From a virus (Duplodnaviria; Caudoviricetes), in the IMG/VR virus record IMGVR_UViG_2866816733_000004, positions 40,491-104,490 of that record: a stretch of 64,000 nucleotides of DNA; one strand, 5' to 3'. The position numbers and the translations under genes were made by a program. The notes beneath the pieces were generated by a model, which had not been told where the DNA came from, searched no databases, and was given only the letters and a program-made list of their open reading frames with translations. Shown piece by piece: positions 35,857-45,326 of the stretch (positions are counted from its first letter, which is position 1; the number at the start of each line of letters is the position of its first letter).

Positions 35857-37929
35857 TTAGGCGGCGCACCTATAGCGGCCGGTTCGGGGTCGGGTGAGAT
35901 AGCCGGCCTCGACGAGTTCCTTCAGGAGGTCGGCGACCTGGCGGTGCTTGAGGCCAGTGGCGGCTTCGATCTCCACGGGGCGGGTAGCGCCTGCGTGGAC
36001 GGCGTTGACGATCGCGAGTCGTGAGCCAGCGAGCTCGGGAAGGCCGCGGCGTGGCGAGGCTGGTGCGATGTTCTCTAGATCTGCGGGGATGAGTGCGCGG
36101 GGGAATTCGATGACCTCGCCCATCTCTCCCTGTGCGGTCGTGTCCGGAGCGGGCTGCGGGGTTCGCATGTCATCGGGCAGGATGCCGCTGCGGAGCTGCT
36201 CAATCCGCGCGGCTGATGCCACACGACCTGCGGTTGAGGACTCGTGCCGGTCTCGGTAGGCGGTGCCTGCCGCGAGCGTCGCTGTCGCGGCGAGCGTGTC
36301 CAAGGCAACACTCGGCTGCGTAGCGAGCCAGCCCCGGGCGACCTCCGAGCTCTCCCCCGGGGTGGTGTTGCGGTTCCGGAACGGCGCGGTCCGGGTCCCC
36401 GTTTGCGGGGTGCCCTGTATGTACCCGTATCCGGGGATGTCCGGGAGGTGGCGTGGATCCACATCCAACCCGGGCATCAGTGAACCAGCCGTCTTGGAGG
36501 ACACGTGCAAGGCGATGGCGTTGCCGGCCATGATGTTCATCCGCAGGGCCTCGGAGTTCCCGAAGGTTTCCAGGCCGGGGTACTGCGACAGGCAGATGAA
36601 CGCGATGCCGACTTTGCGTCCTTCGCGGGCGATCTTTGCCCACCACGGTTTCCACGCCTTCACGCTGAATGGGTTGTGACACTCCTCCACGACGAACAGC
36701 AGCCCGGGCCGCTGGGGGGACGGGGTGAACCCGGTCAGGCCCTCGTAGGAGTTCTCCTCCCCGCGCGCTTTGAGGATCTCCACCGCGGCGAACAGCATGT
36801 CCTCGGCGTTGACCATGGTGCCGAACCAGTCGGCGTGCTCGGCCAACGCCGGCGACGATCCGCCGCCCTGAGGGTCGAGGTACCAGAACACGGTGTCGCC
36901 ACCCGACAGCGCGGAGATGACCTTGTTCTCCGCGACGCGGGATTTTCCGCTGCCGGTGTCGCCGATGATGGCCATCGACCACATCGAGCCACTGGTGTAC
37001 AGCCGAGACTTGGCTTCACCGGACCCGTCCGCCCAGGGGCCGAGGCCGATCAGTCCGTTCTCGCGGCGAGGGCCGTCGAAATTGACGGCGCCGGTGATGG
37101 GCGAGTGCTCAATGACCTGCAACCGGAACCGGGACGGGTACTTCTTCCCGGTGACCGGGTCCGGCGGCGCGGACTCGGCGATGAGGTGTTCGAATTCCTC
37201 CTCCAGACCCGTGGCGATCTTCGGGAGGGCGGCGACAACGTTCTCCAATGTCTGCTTGCCGCGGTCAAGCTGCCCGAGGAACTCATGCCCGTACTGGGTC
37301 GGCTTGGGAAGTGTGAGCTTGGAGTTGGCGAGTGGCCCGCCCGGGCACCCGATGAACGCGTCCCAGTCGTCAATGATCCGGGTTGCCCGGTTGATCGGTT
37401 CCTCCTGGTGCACTGCTTCTGGTGCCTCCTCGGGCGGTGGATAGCCGAGGCGGATGTGCTGCCACCAGCGGGCGGCGAGCCCGTACTCGACTGCGGCGAG
37501 GGCGGCGATGTCACTGGTCGCCACGCCGTAGGGCGCGACGGTCAGCCAGCCCGCACCGAACAGGCCACCTAGGAGGACGCGGCGGCCGAGGCGCCGACGG
37601 TGGCGCCTGGCCCGCTTCGACGTCAGTAGGGCTAGGGGGACTGAGATCCCGGCGAGGATGCCTGACATCCCTGCGGGGCTGACGGCGCCGACCGCCGAGA
37701 TCGCCTCTGCGGCCACACCAGCGCCCAGCACGGAGCCCGCAAGCAGGTGAGGTAGCAGCGGGCGCCGGCACCGCCACACCGTGGCGTACAGACTGCGTTG
37801 GACTCGCACGCCGACGCTTTCAGGGCGCCACTCATCCTCGCCGGACTCTTCCCGCAAGTCGGCAGAGCCGGTTTGCTCCTCTTCGCGGAGATCTCCGACG
37901 TCAGGTGTGACCTTGACGAACGTGGGCAT
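35857..37929 (-). CDS. TraB-like FtsK/SpoIIIE DNA translocase
   Basis: GAGGAG RBS; N-terminal TMs, Walker A GDTGSGKS, LDPQGG, Walker B FVVEECH, REGRKVGI...SQ, PDIPGYGY, C-terminal wHTH. Confidence 0.85.
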   Translation of the reverse strand: MPTFVKVTPDVGDLREEEQTGSADLREESGEDEWRPESVGVRVQRSLYATVWRCRRPLLPHLLAGSVLGAGVAAEAISAVGAVSPAGMSGILAGISVPLALLTSKRARRHRRRLGRRVLLGGLFGAGWLTVAPYGVATSDIAALAAVEYGLAARWWQHIRLGYPPPEEAPEAVHQEEPINRATRIIDDWDAFIGCPGGPLANSKLTLPKPTQYGHEFLGQLDRGKQTLENVVAALPKIATGLEEEFEHLIAESAPPDPVTGKKYPSRFRLQVIEHSPITGAVNFDGPRRENGLIGLGPWADGSGEAKSRLYTSGSMWSMAIIGDTGSGKSRVAENKVISALSGGDTVFWYLDPQGGGSSPALAEHADWFGTMVNAEDMLFAAVEILKARGEENSYEGLTGFTPSPQRPGLLFVVEECHNPFSVKAWKPWWAKIAREGRKVGIAFICLSQYPGLETFGNSEALRMNIMAGNAIALHVSSKTAGSLMPGLDVDPRHLPDIPGYGYIQGTPQTGTRTAPFRNRNTTPGESSEVARGWLATQPSVALDTLAATATLAAGTAYRDRHESSTAGRVASAARIEQLRSGILPDDMRTPQPAPDTTAQGEMGEVIEFPRALIPADLENIAPASPRRGLPELAGSRLAIVNAVHAGATRPVEIEAATGLKHRQVADLLKELVEAGYLTRPRTGRYRCAA

Positions 37930-38009
37930 CGCCTGCTCCTCGCGCGTGAACCGGGGGACGTGGCGTCGGGTGAGGCGCCCGACCTCTGTTCGGGCGCCCG
38001 GACTCAACG

Positions 38010-39017
38010 TCAGTCCTGGGTGACGAACTCCTTGTCGCCGGCGCCCTGACGGGCCTGGTAGGCGTCCTTGACGACCATGTCGGCTTCGAGTTCGGCGTGT
38101 GCGTCGTCGAACGCGGCGGTCAGATGGCTGGCCAGATCCTGGGCGAGGGCGAGCTTGTCGATGACCGCTCCACTGACCCCGGCGTTCCGCATCGTCGAGA
38201 TCGATATCTCGGTCGATGCCACTGCGGCCCCCGACTGGGTGGCCATCTCCTGGGTCCACCGCAGTGCGGCGATCAGGTTGGTGGTTTCTCCGGACACGAT
38301 GTCCTCCTTGGTGATTGGTGGGGTGGAGCCTTTGCTGCGCCACCGGCTCAGGTCGGTGACGGTCCCTCCGGAGGCCTTGCCGCTGGCGGTGACTTCCTTG
38401 TCCTCCTGCTCGGGGACCACGGGCGGCGCGGCGGCTTGACGGGCTGCGGTGTCCGCCTTCTGCCGGGCGGTCTCCGTCTCCCAGCAGCTGCGGCACGCGA
38501 GGACGGTGCCCTCCGGGGCATGTGAAAGGTGGAGTGGTCGGAGGTTGGCCAGCCGGAACTCGTGGTTGCACAGGTAGCAGCGGGCATCTGGCGCTTGAGG
38601 CGCTTCGGCCGTGGGATCAGCGGACGGCCCCGCCGAAGGCCTTGCAGAAGCCTTAGCGGAGGGTGCGGGGGCCTGGTCGTCGACGGAGGGGTCCATGCGC
38701 TCGTTGATCTCGTAGGCATGATCCTCGGCGTCGGCGAGATCCTTCTTCGCCCATTTGCTGCGGCGACGCGCGGCGGCTCTCTTCGCCATCCGGGCTCGCC
38801 GCTCATCGGCGGACGCGCAGGCATCCGACCAGGCGTTGGCGAAGAACCGTCGGCCCGGGCCCCCACCCGAACTGCCCTTACTTCGCTTCCAACGCTCTTG
38901 CTCGCGCCGGAAACTCGGCGGGTCTTCCCCGCGGGCCTTCCACGACAGGTCCTGGACGGTGTTGCGGGTCAGGTAGTAGGCGATCCACAACGCCAGCAGC
39001 AGGTCGAAACCCATCAC
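38010..39017 (-). CDS. Transfer-associated protein (TM, Zn finger, helical C-terminal domain)
   Basis: Directly upstream of TraB; CYLC...CRSC; internal RBS at 38303-38309. Confidence 0.6.
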   Translation of the reverse strand: MMGFDLLLALWIAYYLTRNTVQDLSWKARGEDPPSFRREQERWKRSKGSSGGGPGRRFFANAWSDACASADERRARMAKRAAARRRSKWAKKDLADAEDHAYEINERMDPSVDDQAPAPSAKASARPSAGPSADPTAEAPQAPDARCYLCNHEFRLANLRPLHLSHAPEGTVLACRSCWETETARQKADTAARQAAAPPVVPEQEDKEVTASGKASGGTVTDLSRWRSKGSTPPITKEDIVSGETTNLIAALRWTQEMATQSGAAVASTEISISTMRNAGVSGAVIDKLALAQDLASHLTAAFDDAHAELEADMVVKDAYQARQGAGDKEFVTQD

Positions 39018-39457
39018 GACTCCCCAAGATCGGAGACGAACGCGGCGACCTTGGTGTTGACCGTTTCCACTGCGTCCCCGCCGGTCTTCCCGAGGGACCC
39101 GCCGATCACTAGGGCCAGCAGTGTTGGCATCACGACCGCGGCGAACTGGGCGCCCTTGTCGGCCTGCTTGTCGAAGGAGATGTCGGCGACGGCGATCCCG
39201 ACCATGATGATCGTCACCGCGACCGACACCGCGAGCACCAAGTCCGGCTCGTCGGCGAGGTCAGCCGCGCCCTTCCCCACAAACGACACCGAGCCAGCGA
39301 CCCCCTTGCCGACAACGGTGTGGGCCAGACCACACCCGGCAGTCGCGGCCAGCAGCATCGTGATGACAGCTACGGCCTTGGCGTTGCGCTGCGAGTTCAC
39401 TCGCTTGTTGAACACGTACAGCGTCGCCAGACCGGCGAGCAGCACAACCCATCCCAT
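39014..39457 (-). CDS. Spd-like multi-pass membrane protein
   Basis: AGGAGG RBS; 4 hydrophobic helices. Confidence 0.6.
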   Translation of the reverse strand: MGWVVLLAGLATLYVFNKRVNSQRNAKAVAVITMLLAATAGCGLAHTVVGKGVAGSVSFVGKGAADLADEPDLVLAVSVAVTIIMVGIAVADISFDKQADKGAQFAAVVMPTLLALVIGGSLGKTGGDAVETVNTKVAAFVSDLGES

Positions 39458-39475
39458 GATGGTTCCTCCTTTGCT

Positions 39476-39955
39476 TTAGATGAGCCACGACAGTGGCGGG
39501 GCGTGGGACAGCAGCCACAGCAGCAGCAGCGCCGCGGCGAGCCGGGAAGGTCGCTCGGCGATCCACTCGATGACGGCGCATATCGCGATGGCGGGGAGCG
39601 CGACGGTGAGGGCGTACACCTGGCCGACCTTGCGGGCGGCGCCGTCCTCGGTGGTCCACTCGCCGCGGGTCGTGTACGCCCACACCTTCGCGAGGCCTGC
39701 GCGGTCCTTCGACCACACGTCCGGTGGGGTGAAGGTGACGCGGACCCACGCGGTGACCTCCGCCAGATAGTCACGCGCTGTGATCGTCGAGGTTTCCGCA
39801 CTGTCGGGTTGTGACTGTGCGGCTTCGGGGTTACTCTCGCGCGCACCTGCGCGCGTTGCGCGTTGGGTTTCTCCCTCGGGCAGAAAGTCACTGTGCGGAC
39901 CGCACTGTGCGGACTGTGCGGTCCCCCGCTCAGGCTCACTGTGTGTCGCCGTCAC
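39476..39955 (-). CDS. Spd-like membrane protein
   Basis: AGGAGG RBS; PPDVWSKDR, WIAERPSRL, C-terminal TM. Confidence 0.6.
   Translation of the reverse strand: MTATHSEPERGTAQSAQCGPHSDFLPEGETQRATRAGARESNPEAAQSQPDSAETSTITARDYLAEVTAWVRVTFTPPDVWSKDRAGLAKVWAYTTRGEWTTEDGAARKVGQVYALTVALPAIAICAVIEWIAERPSRLAAALLLLWLLSHAPPLSWLI
39814..39921. repeat. Four direct copies of ACTGTGCGG
   Basis: 39814, 39890, 39904, 39913, plus partial copies near 39800 and 39938. Confidence 0.65.
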
Positions 39956-40166
39956 CGGCTCCTCCTTCCGTCTTGCGGTACAGCCGGTTCCCGGCGTCCA
40001 CGAGCATTTGCACGAGCCGTTCAGCGCCTTGCGGGTCCGGGTGGGCCGCGAGCCCGGCCCGGTAGTGATCGGCTGCGATCATGACCCTCGCCCGCGGATC
40101 TGTGGTCGCGGCGAGCGCCTCGTTCAGGCGTTGCAGGCGGCGGGGGAACCGGGCCGTTCGGCGCAT
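39936..40166 (-). CDS. Hypothetical protein
   Basis: In transfer operon; start uncertain. Confidence 0.45.
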   Translation of the reverse strand: MRRTARFPRRLQRLNEALAATTDPRARVMIAADHYRAGLAAHPDPQGAERLVQMLVDAGNRLYRKTEGGAGDGDTQ

Positions 40167-40188
40167 CGGCTTGCCCTTCGCGCGGCGG

Positions 40189-40404
40189 CTACCGGCCACC
40201 GGTGCCACCGCCCGCCAACTGCAACACGGCGATGACCGCGACCAGGACCAGCAGCACGGCTCCGGCCATGAGCAGCGGACGGACCAGAGCGGCGCTCGGC
40301 ACCGCTAGGGCGACGATCAAGAACCAGGTGAACGTCGCACCAGCCGCGGACCACACCGCGGCGATCTTGAACCCCGCCTTCGAAGGGAATCGCTGGACGA
40401 TCAC
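40189..40404 (-). CDS. Small 2-TM protein
   Basis: GTGA overlap; hydrophobic. Confidence 0.55.
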   Translation of the reverse strand: MIVQRFPSKAGFKIAAVWSAAGATFTWFLIVALAVPSAALVRPLLMAGAVLLVLVAVIAVLQLAGGGTGGR

Positions 40405-41783
40405 TGGTTCACCGCCTCCTGGTTCGCGTCCTGGTTCACGAGTTCGCGTGCCTCGGTGAGCCGGTTGTAGGCGGTGGTTTTGGTGAACCCGAGGCGTTCG
40501 CGAACCACCCCGAGGGTCACCGCATCCCTGCCGAATTCACGGATGAGGTTCACGACTAGTTGAACCTCGGCGGTCTTCTTCGCCGCACGGTCAGGGAGGT
40601 TCGCGGTGCTATGAACCTGGTGGGCCTGCTTGGTTCGCGGTTCGGCAGGGGGTTCTTGAACCTGTGGTTCAAGAACCTCGGTTCGCGTTCCCTGCTTCGC
40701 CGTGGGCGGTTCAAGTTCGCGAGGCTGGTGAACCTGAACCTTCGCTGGGCGAGGTTCGTGAACCTGCTCCGCGACTGGTTCGTGAACCTCCACCTGAACC
40801 GGCCTTTGTACCTCGGCGCGAACCTCGACCCGCGTCGGCGTGAACTCCACGGGCGTGAACTGCCGTCCCTGAACCATGAACCCGGTTCGCTGAACCAGTG
40901 ACGTAAACCCCGCCCATGGCGCCTCCGGGGTCAGGTTCGCGAGCGCGTCCGCGTTGTACATCGACCCGAGTTGGGCGATGAGCGCTTGCTGCCGGGCCGG
41001 GTCTGCGGCGAGGCCAGCGTGCGCGACCGCAGACAGCATCGCCCGGTCGAGGCGGTGCTTGGCGAGGTCGATCCGCCAGTCCCGTGCGTCATCCCGGCGG
41101 AGTCCACGGACCTTAGCGGCGGCCTTGGCGACGCGGGTGAGGCGCCGGTGCGCGTCGACCTCGGAGGCGGTCCGGCCAGACGGCTCCGCGATGCGAAGCC
41201 ACACTAGGACCCGCTCCGGGGTGAGCCGCAGGTGGATCGTGGAGCCGCCGCGGGCCCGGCGACGTTCGATCGACATGCCCCGTTCCCACAGCCACGCTGC
41301 CAGCAGAGGCATCGCGAGCCGGAACGCCGCCTCGGGCCACTCGTCGGCGTCGGTTGCGGAGAACGCGCCGGACAGGGCGGTGACGACCCACACGGCTATC
41401 CCGTCGATGCCGGCCTTGGCGTCCTCGGGGATCTCGGCCTCGCGGATGTTGCGGCGGGCCCGCATCGCGCACGTGAACGTCACCAACTCGAGGACAGCGA
41501 ACGCGACGATGCGGAGCTCGACAGGGAAGTCGAGGATGTCGCGGAAGAACCGCCACATGCCCTGCGCGGCAATACCGGCGGCGATCACGGCGACGACGAA
41601 CGTGAGCCGGTTCTCCAGACTCGCCTTCGCCTCAGGCGCCCCATCGGTCTTGCGCTTGGCGGGCCGCCAAGCCAGGAACGCTTTCCAGGTGAGGACGCCG
41701 ACGAGGACAGCCCCACCGGACACCAGGTACGGCCACGCGTCGGCGGCGACCGCCTCAAGTTCGGTGAGGGACGGGGCGTTCAT
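40401..41783 (-). CDS. SpdB/DUF2637-like membrane protein with C-terminal HTH
   Basis: Several TMs (AQGMWRFF, PLLAAWLWE), Pro/Glu/Val linker, LGFTKTTAYNRL. Confidence 0.65.
   Translation of the reverse strand: MNAPSLTELEAVAADAWPYLVSGGAVLVGVLTWKAFLAWRPAKRKTDGAPEAKASLENRLTFVVAVIAAGIAAQGMWRFFRDILDFPVELRIVAFAVLELVTFTCAMRARRNIREAEIPEDAKAGIDGIAVWVVTALSGAFSATDADEWPEAAFRLAMPLLAAWLWERGMSIERRRARGGSTIHLRLTPERVLVWLRIAEPSGRTASEVDAHRRLTRVAKAAAKVRGLRRDDARDWRIDLAKHRLDRAMLSAVAHAGLAADPARQQALIAQLGSMYNADALANLTPEAPWAGFTSLVQRTGFMVQGRQFTPVEFTPTRVEVRAEVQRPVQVEVHEPVAEQVHEPRPAKVQVHQPRELEPPTAKQGTRTEVLEPQVQEPPAEPRTKQAHQVHSTANLPDRAAKKTAEVQLVVNLIREFGRDAVTLGVVRERLGFTKTTAYNRLTEARELVNQDANQEAVNQ
40406..40896. repeat. Dense GGTTC/GAACC motif cluster
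   Basis: About 29 exact copies counted by eye in ~490 bp, often as GGTTC-N2-GAACC palindromes. Confidence 0.8.
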
Positions 41784-42103
41784 GCCGCCTCCCGCACAGA
41801 CACGGTGAGGCGGCTACGCTTCATCTTCCGGCGCTCCCGCTCCGACAGCCCGCCCCACACACCGAACCGTTCGTCGTGGGCGAGGGCGTACTCCAGGCAC
41901 TCGGTCCGCACCTCGCAGACGAAACAGGTTCGCTTCGCGGCCCGGGTGGATTCGCCCTTCTCCGGGAAGAACGCGTCCGGGTCGGTCTCGGCGCACAGGG
42001 CGCGCTCGGTCCAAGCGGGCACGTCAACGACCGGCAGGGCGGGCGGTGCGGGCGACTCCCACGGCAGTTGGACACGGACGTTGCGGGGTCGAGGCGCAGG
42101 CAT
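41780..42103 (-). CDS. whiB: WhiB-family transcription factor
   Basis: ALCAETDPDAFFPEKG...CFVCEVRTECLEYAL...FGVWGGLSERERR. Confidence 0.92.
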   Translation of the reverse strand: MPAPRPRNVRVQLPWESPAPPALPVVDVPAWTERALCAETDPDAFFPEKGESTRAAKRTCFVCEVRTECLEYALAHDERFGVWGGLSERERRKMKRSRLTVSVREAA

Positions 42104-42206
42104 CGTAGTGCTCCTCAGTAGGGAAGAGGCTGGCCGGACGGGGTCCGGGTGTCGGGCTGCGAGGTGGGTCGCCGCGGCGGCCGCGGCTTCTGCTGGGTCT
42201 GGCGTG

Positions 42207-42584
42207 TCACGGCGCACCGCCCACAGCGGGTGAGGTGTCGAGGCGCCAGCCGCGGATCGTGTTCGGGCTGCGGCGCAGGATCCGGTCGGCGACGAGGCCG
42301 GGGACGGTGCCGCCGAGGTAGTCGACGCGACCGCAGATCGACAGGGTCGGCTGCCGGTCGGCGCCGTTGTCGGTGTACGGGGCCAGGAGCACGGCGAGGT
42401 CGGGATGGTCGCGGGGGTAGATAGCGACGCGTACGGCGTCACCGCGGTCCATGAGGTAGCCGCTGTGCCAGACCCAGTCGGGGCCGGTGTGCTTCTGCGG
42501 GCCGTTGAAGATCCCGGTGACCGTGATCTCGGCACCGACGCAGTGGGCGCCGGAGACCACAGCCTGGATGCTGGAGGTGGTCAT
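42207..42584 (-). CDS. Hypothetical protein (OB-fold-like)
   Basis: AGGAGG RBS, ATGA overlap. Confidence 0.5.
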   Translation of the reverse strand: MTTSSIQAVVSGAHCVGAEITVTGIFNGPQKHTGPDWVWHSGYLMDRGDAVRVAIYPRDHPDLAVLLAPYTDNGADRQPTLSICGRVDYLGGTVPGLVADRILRRSPNTIRGWRLDTSPAVGGAP

Positions 42585-42889
42585 TCCGCCTCCTTGGGGT
42601 AGTACTGCGCGCATGCCTCGGCGGTGTCGACTGCGTCCTGCCCGCGGCGCGGAGGCCACGTCGCGTCCTCGAGTTCGGCGAGCAGCTCCTCGTCCTCGTC
42701 GGGCAGTTCGACAGTCATCGACTCCGGGTGAGAGGACGGGGGCTCGTTGATCGCCTTCACGGTGGACCCACACGCAGAACAGAAGAACCAGGGGCCGTAC
42801 CTGCGGCCGCTACCGGAGGTCTCGGCGGGCTGGAACTGCCAGATGTGTTCGCCGGAGAGGCGGTGCCACAGGCGTCGCAGAGCGTTCAC
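42581..42889 (-). CDS. Hypothetical protein
   Basis: Coupled; HPESMTVELP motif, CSAC. Confidence 0.55.
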   Translation of the reverse strand: MNALRRLWHRLSGEHIWQFQPAETSGSGRRYGPWFFCSACGSTVKAINEPPSSHPESMTVELPDEDEELLAELEDATWPPRRGQDAVDTAEACAQYYPKEAE

Positions 42890-43326
42890 CGCGGCTCACC
42901 CCGGTCCCGCAGGTTCGCGGCGGCCTGGTCCACGGCGGCGAGGGCCCGGATCGCGAACAGCTCACCCTGGATGAACTCGGCCTCGCCGCTGTCCACCGCG
43001 TTGGTCAGCTCGCGGATGTAGGAGACGCGGCGTTCAGCGTTCATCCCGGGCGGCGGGTCCGCGAGCTTCACGATCCCGCCGGCGAAGTGGAACCCGTACG
43101 GGGTGCCGTCCCCAGCCGTGTCCTCGACCGTGTACTGGAACAGTGCCGTCAGCTTGAACCGGTGCCCGGGCTTGCTGGTGGTGCACTCGCAGACCAGCTT
43201 GGGTGCGCCCGTGTCGCCGCGCAGTTCGTGGGTGCCTTCCAGCCCGTAGCGGCGCAGGCCCATGAAGACCGCGGCCTCGCCGGCTTCGTAGGTGCGGCGC
43301 CCGAAGGTGATGGTGCCGTTGCTCAC
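42886..43326 (-). CDS. Hypothetical protein
   Basis: GTGA coupling on both sides. Confidence 0.55.
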   Translation of the reverse strand: MSNGTITFGRRTYEAGEAAVFMGLRRYGLEGTHELRGDTGAPKLVCECTTSKPGHRFKLTALFQYTVEDTAGDGTPYGFHFAGGIVKLADPPPGMNAERRVSYIRELTNAVDSGEAEFIQGELFAIRALAAVDQAAANLRDRGEPR

Positions 43327-43517
43327 AGGGTCACCTCGCGGTTGAGGTCCGCGGCGTGCACGGCATGCCCGTGGGGGCAGCGGTAATGGATCGGACCCTC
43401 GTCCAGCGCGACGCCCTCATGGGCGGGGCAGTGCGCTGGCGGACGGGTCGACGGGGCGGTCAGGACCCGGGCAGCGGTCATGTTTCGCTCGACCAGGTCA
43501 GAGGCGGTGCGGATCAT
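43323..43517 (-). CDS. Small zinc-binding protein
   Basis: CPAH...LDEGPIHYRCPHGH. Confidence 0.5.
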   Translation of the reverse strand: MIRTASDLVERNMTAARVLTAPSTRPPAHCPAHEGVALDEGPIHYRCPHGHAVHAADLNREVTL

Positions 43518-43798
43518 GACGCGGCCTCCTGCGGTGGGTGGTAGCCGGCGACGGCTCCGAGCCATGTGGCGTGGTCGGCGACGGCGGGGGTGGTGGCGAC
43601 GTGAGCACCGGATGCCTGGAGCAGCAGGGCGAGGAGCGCGTCGGCGGACACGCCGGGCGCTGGACGGGTGTCGATGCCGAGGGCGTCGAGCATCTCGCTG
43701 AACGCGACCCTCGCTGCGGCCAATGGCAGCGCATCGACGGGAGATGCGGGGGCGGGGACGACCGTGAGAGCCGGCCGCTCGATAGCGGGGGCGGTCAC
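43514..43798 (-). CDS. Hypothetical protein
   Basis: Coupled start/stop. Confidence 0.4.
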   Translation of the reverse strand: MTAPAIERPALTVVPAPASPVDALPLAAARVAFSEMLDALGIDTRPAPGVSADALLALLLQASGAHVATTPAVADHATWLGAVAGYHPPQEAAS

Positions 43799-44046
43799 TT
43801 CTGCCTTCCATGCTGCTGCCGGTCGTAGGCGTCCCGGACCTTCTTCGGCTCGCCGCCCGGGTAGGTGATGGTCTGCTCGTCGGTTACGCTGGTGAGCATC
43901 GGACCTGCCTTCTTCGCAGTGGGTGAGCGTCCTACTGGCCCCGCCCTGGTGTTCCAGCACCGGGCGGGGCTTCGTGCTGTACGGGGAGCTCTCCGCCGCC
44001 CCGCGCGGGGTCTCTGCCACAGAAGTGCCAAGAGCCTGGACGGGCC

Positions 44047-44274
44047 TCAGTTCTTGTCCGCGAGGACGTGGCGCGCCATGTCTGTGGTGATGTCGCTCCG
44101 GCGCTGGCCGTAGCGGATCTCGGCGTACACCTCCTCGGGCGTGAACCTCGGATGCTTCGCGGCGACTTCGAGGATGAATCGGGTTTTGGCGTCGTCGAGG
44201 TCGGCAGGCGCTGGCGAGGTACTGCGCTGGAGGGGGCGACGGACGGACCGCTCTCGCTTGTCGGAATAGGTCAT
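44047..44274 (-). CDS. Hypothetical protein
   Basis: AGGAAG RBS. Confidence 0.5.
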   Translation of the reverse strand: MTYSDKRERSVRRPLQRSTSPAPADLDDAKTRFILEVAAKHPRFTPEEVYAEIRYGQRRSDITTDMARHVLADKN

Positions 44275-44376
44275 CGGTCGTTCTTCCTACTGGTGGATGT
44301 GGGGTGGAGCCCTCCGCCGCCCCGCCCATCAGGGGACCTGACACGAGGGCGTCAGCAGACGAGACGGCGGAGGAGA

Positions 44377-44667
44377 TCATGACGACGCCTTCAGCACAGT
44401 GACTTCGTCATCGGGGGCCAGGCAGAACGACATGCTTGGGTCGTCGGAGAGCGTCAGGTACACGGTGGGCGCACCACCCTCGCCGTGCTCCCGGTAGGTG
44501 GCCTTCACGACCGTCGGCCACCGTCCGCCGGCCTTCGTGATCTGCTGGTTGTCGCGGACAGGGCGCCGCCGCCAGCGGGACTTGTAGCGGCACACAACCT
44601 TGGTCACGCTCTGGTCTTCGCGGACCTCGCGGGCCTGGATCGTTTGTGTCTGCTGCTTGCCGCTCAT
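44377..44667 (-). CDS. Hypothetical protein
   Basis: GGAGG RBS, ATGA overlap. Confidence 0.5.
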   Translation of the reverse strand: MSGKQQTQTIQAREVREDQSVTKVVCRYKSRWRRRPVRDNQQITKAGGRWPTVVKATYREHGEGGAPTVYLTLSDDPSMSFCLAPDDEVTVLKASS

Positions 44668-45086
44668 CGGGGCGTCCTCCGGCGCAGCCGCTGGAGGAAC
44701 ACCTGGACCGGCACCAGCGGCGGTAGGTCGCCGCACGCTGGGCAGTCGTCATGCTGGTGCGAGACGTCGCTGCACTCGGGGTCGAACACCTCGGTGACCT
44801 GACCGACGACCAGGACGTACACCGCGAGGACGAACCCGGTCCCGAGCAGCAGCTTCGAGTCCTGGATGAAGCCAGTGGCCCCGAGCAGGATCATCGAGAT
44901 CATGGCCGGGGAGGGGAGCGCCCGGACGACCCGGCGTGCCTTAGCAGTGCCGTGCGGCGTCGTTCGCTCGGGCTCAGCGTGCGCGACTGTGTGGTGGATG
45001 GACAGCGGATGGGGGCCCCGCGAGATTCCACGCAGCGTGCGCGGAGTTTCCTCGGGCGTCGGCTCGCCTCTGCCAGACGTGATCAT
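44664..45086 (-). CDS. 2-TM membrane protein
   Basis: GAGGA RBS; two hydrophobic helices. Confidence 0.5.
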   Translation of the reverse strand: MITSGRGEPTPEETPRTLRGISRGPHPLSIHHTVAHAEPERTTPHGTAKARRVVRALPSPAMISMILLGATGFIQDSKLLLGTGFVLAVYVLVVGQVTEVFDPECSDVSHQHDDCPACGDLPPLVPVQVFLQRLRRRTPR

Positions 45087-45326
45087 GAGTGGTCCTCTCT
45101 CGGTGGGAAGACGGTGCGCCAGGCGTCGACCAGGGCACGGCCCCTGTACGAGCCGAGCCGCTCGAGGTACTCCTCGGCAGCTGAGCGCGGAGTGTCGGCG
45201 TTGACCTGCGTCTTGGTGGCTGGCTCGACCTGAGCCGCGGTGTCTTCACGTGTCACTGGAGACCTCCGAGCGACACGCCGCGCCGCCATCCCGGAAACGG
45301 GATGGGCGGCGGCAGAGACTTGAGGT

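Noticed and set aside
37930-38571. 904-aa N-terminal extension of TraB in the ORF track
   Set aside because: It overlaps gene 38010-39017; a good RBS supports the ATG at 37929
40406-40896. Simple protein tandem repeat
   Set aside because: The motif occurs on both strands and in different frames, so it is not explained by amino-acid repetition
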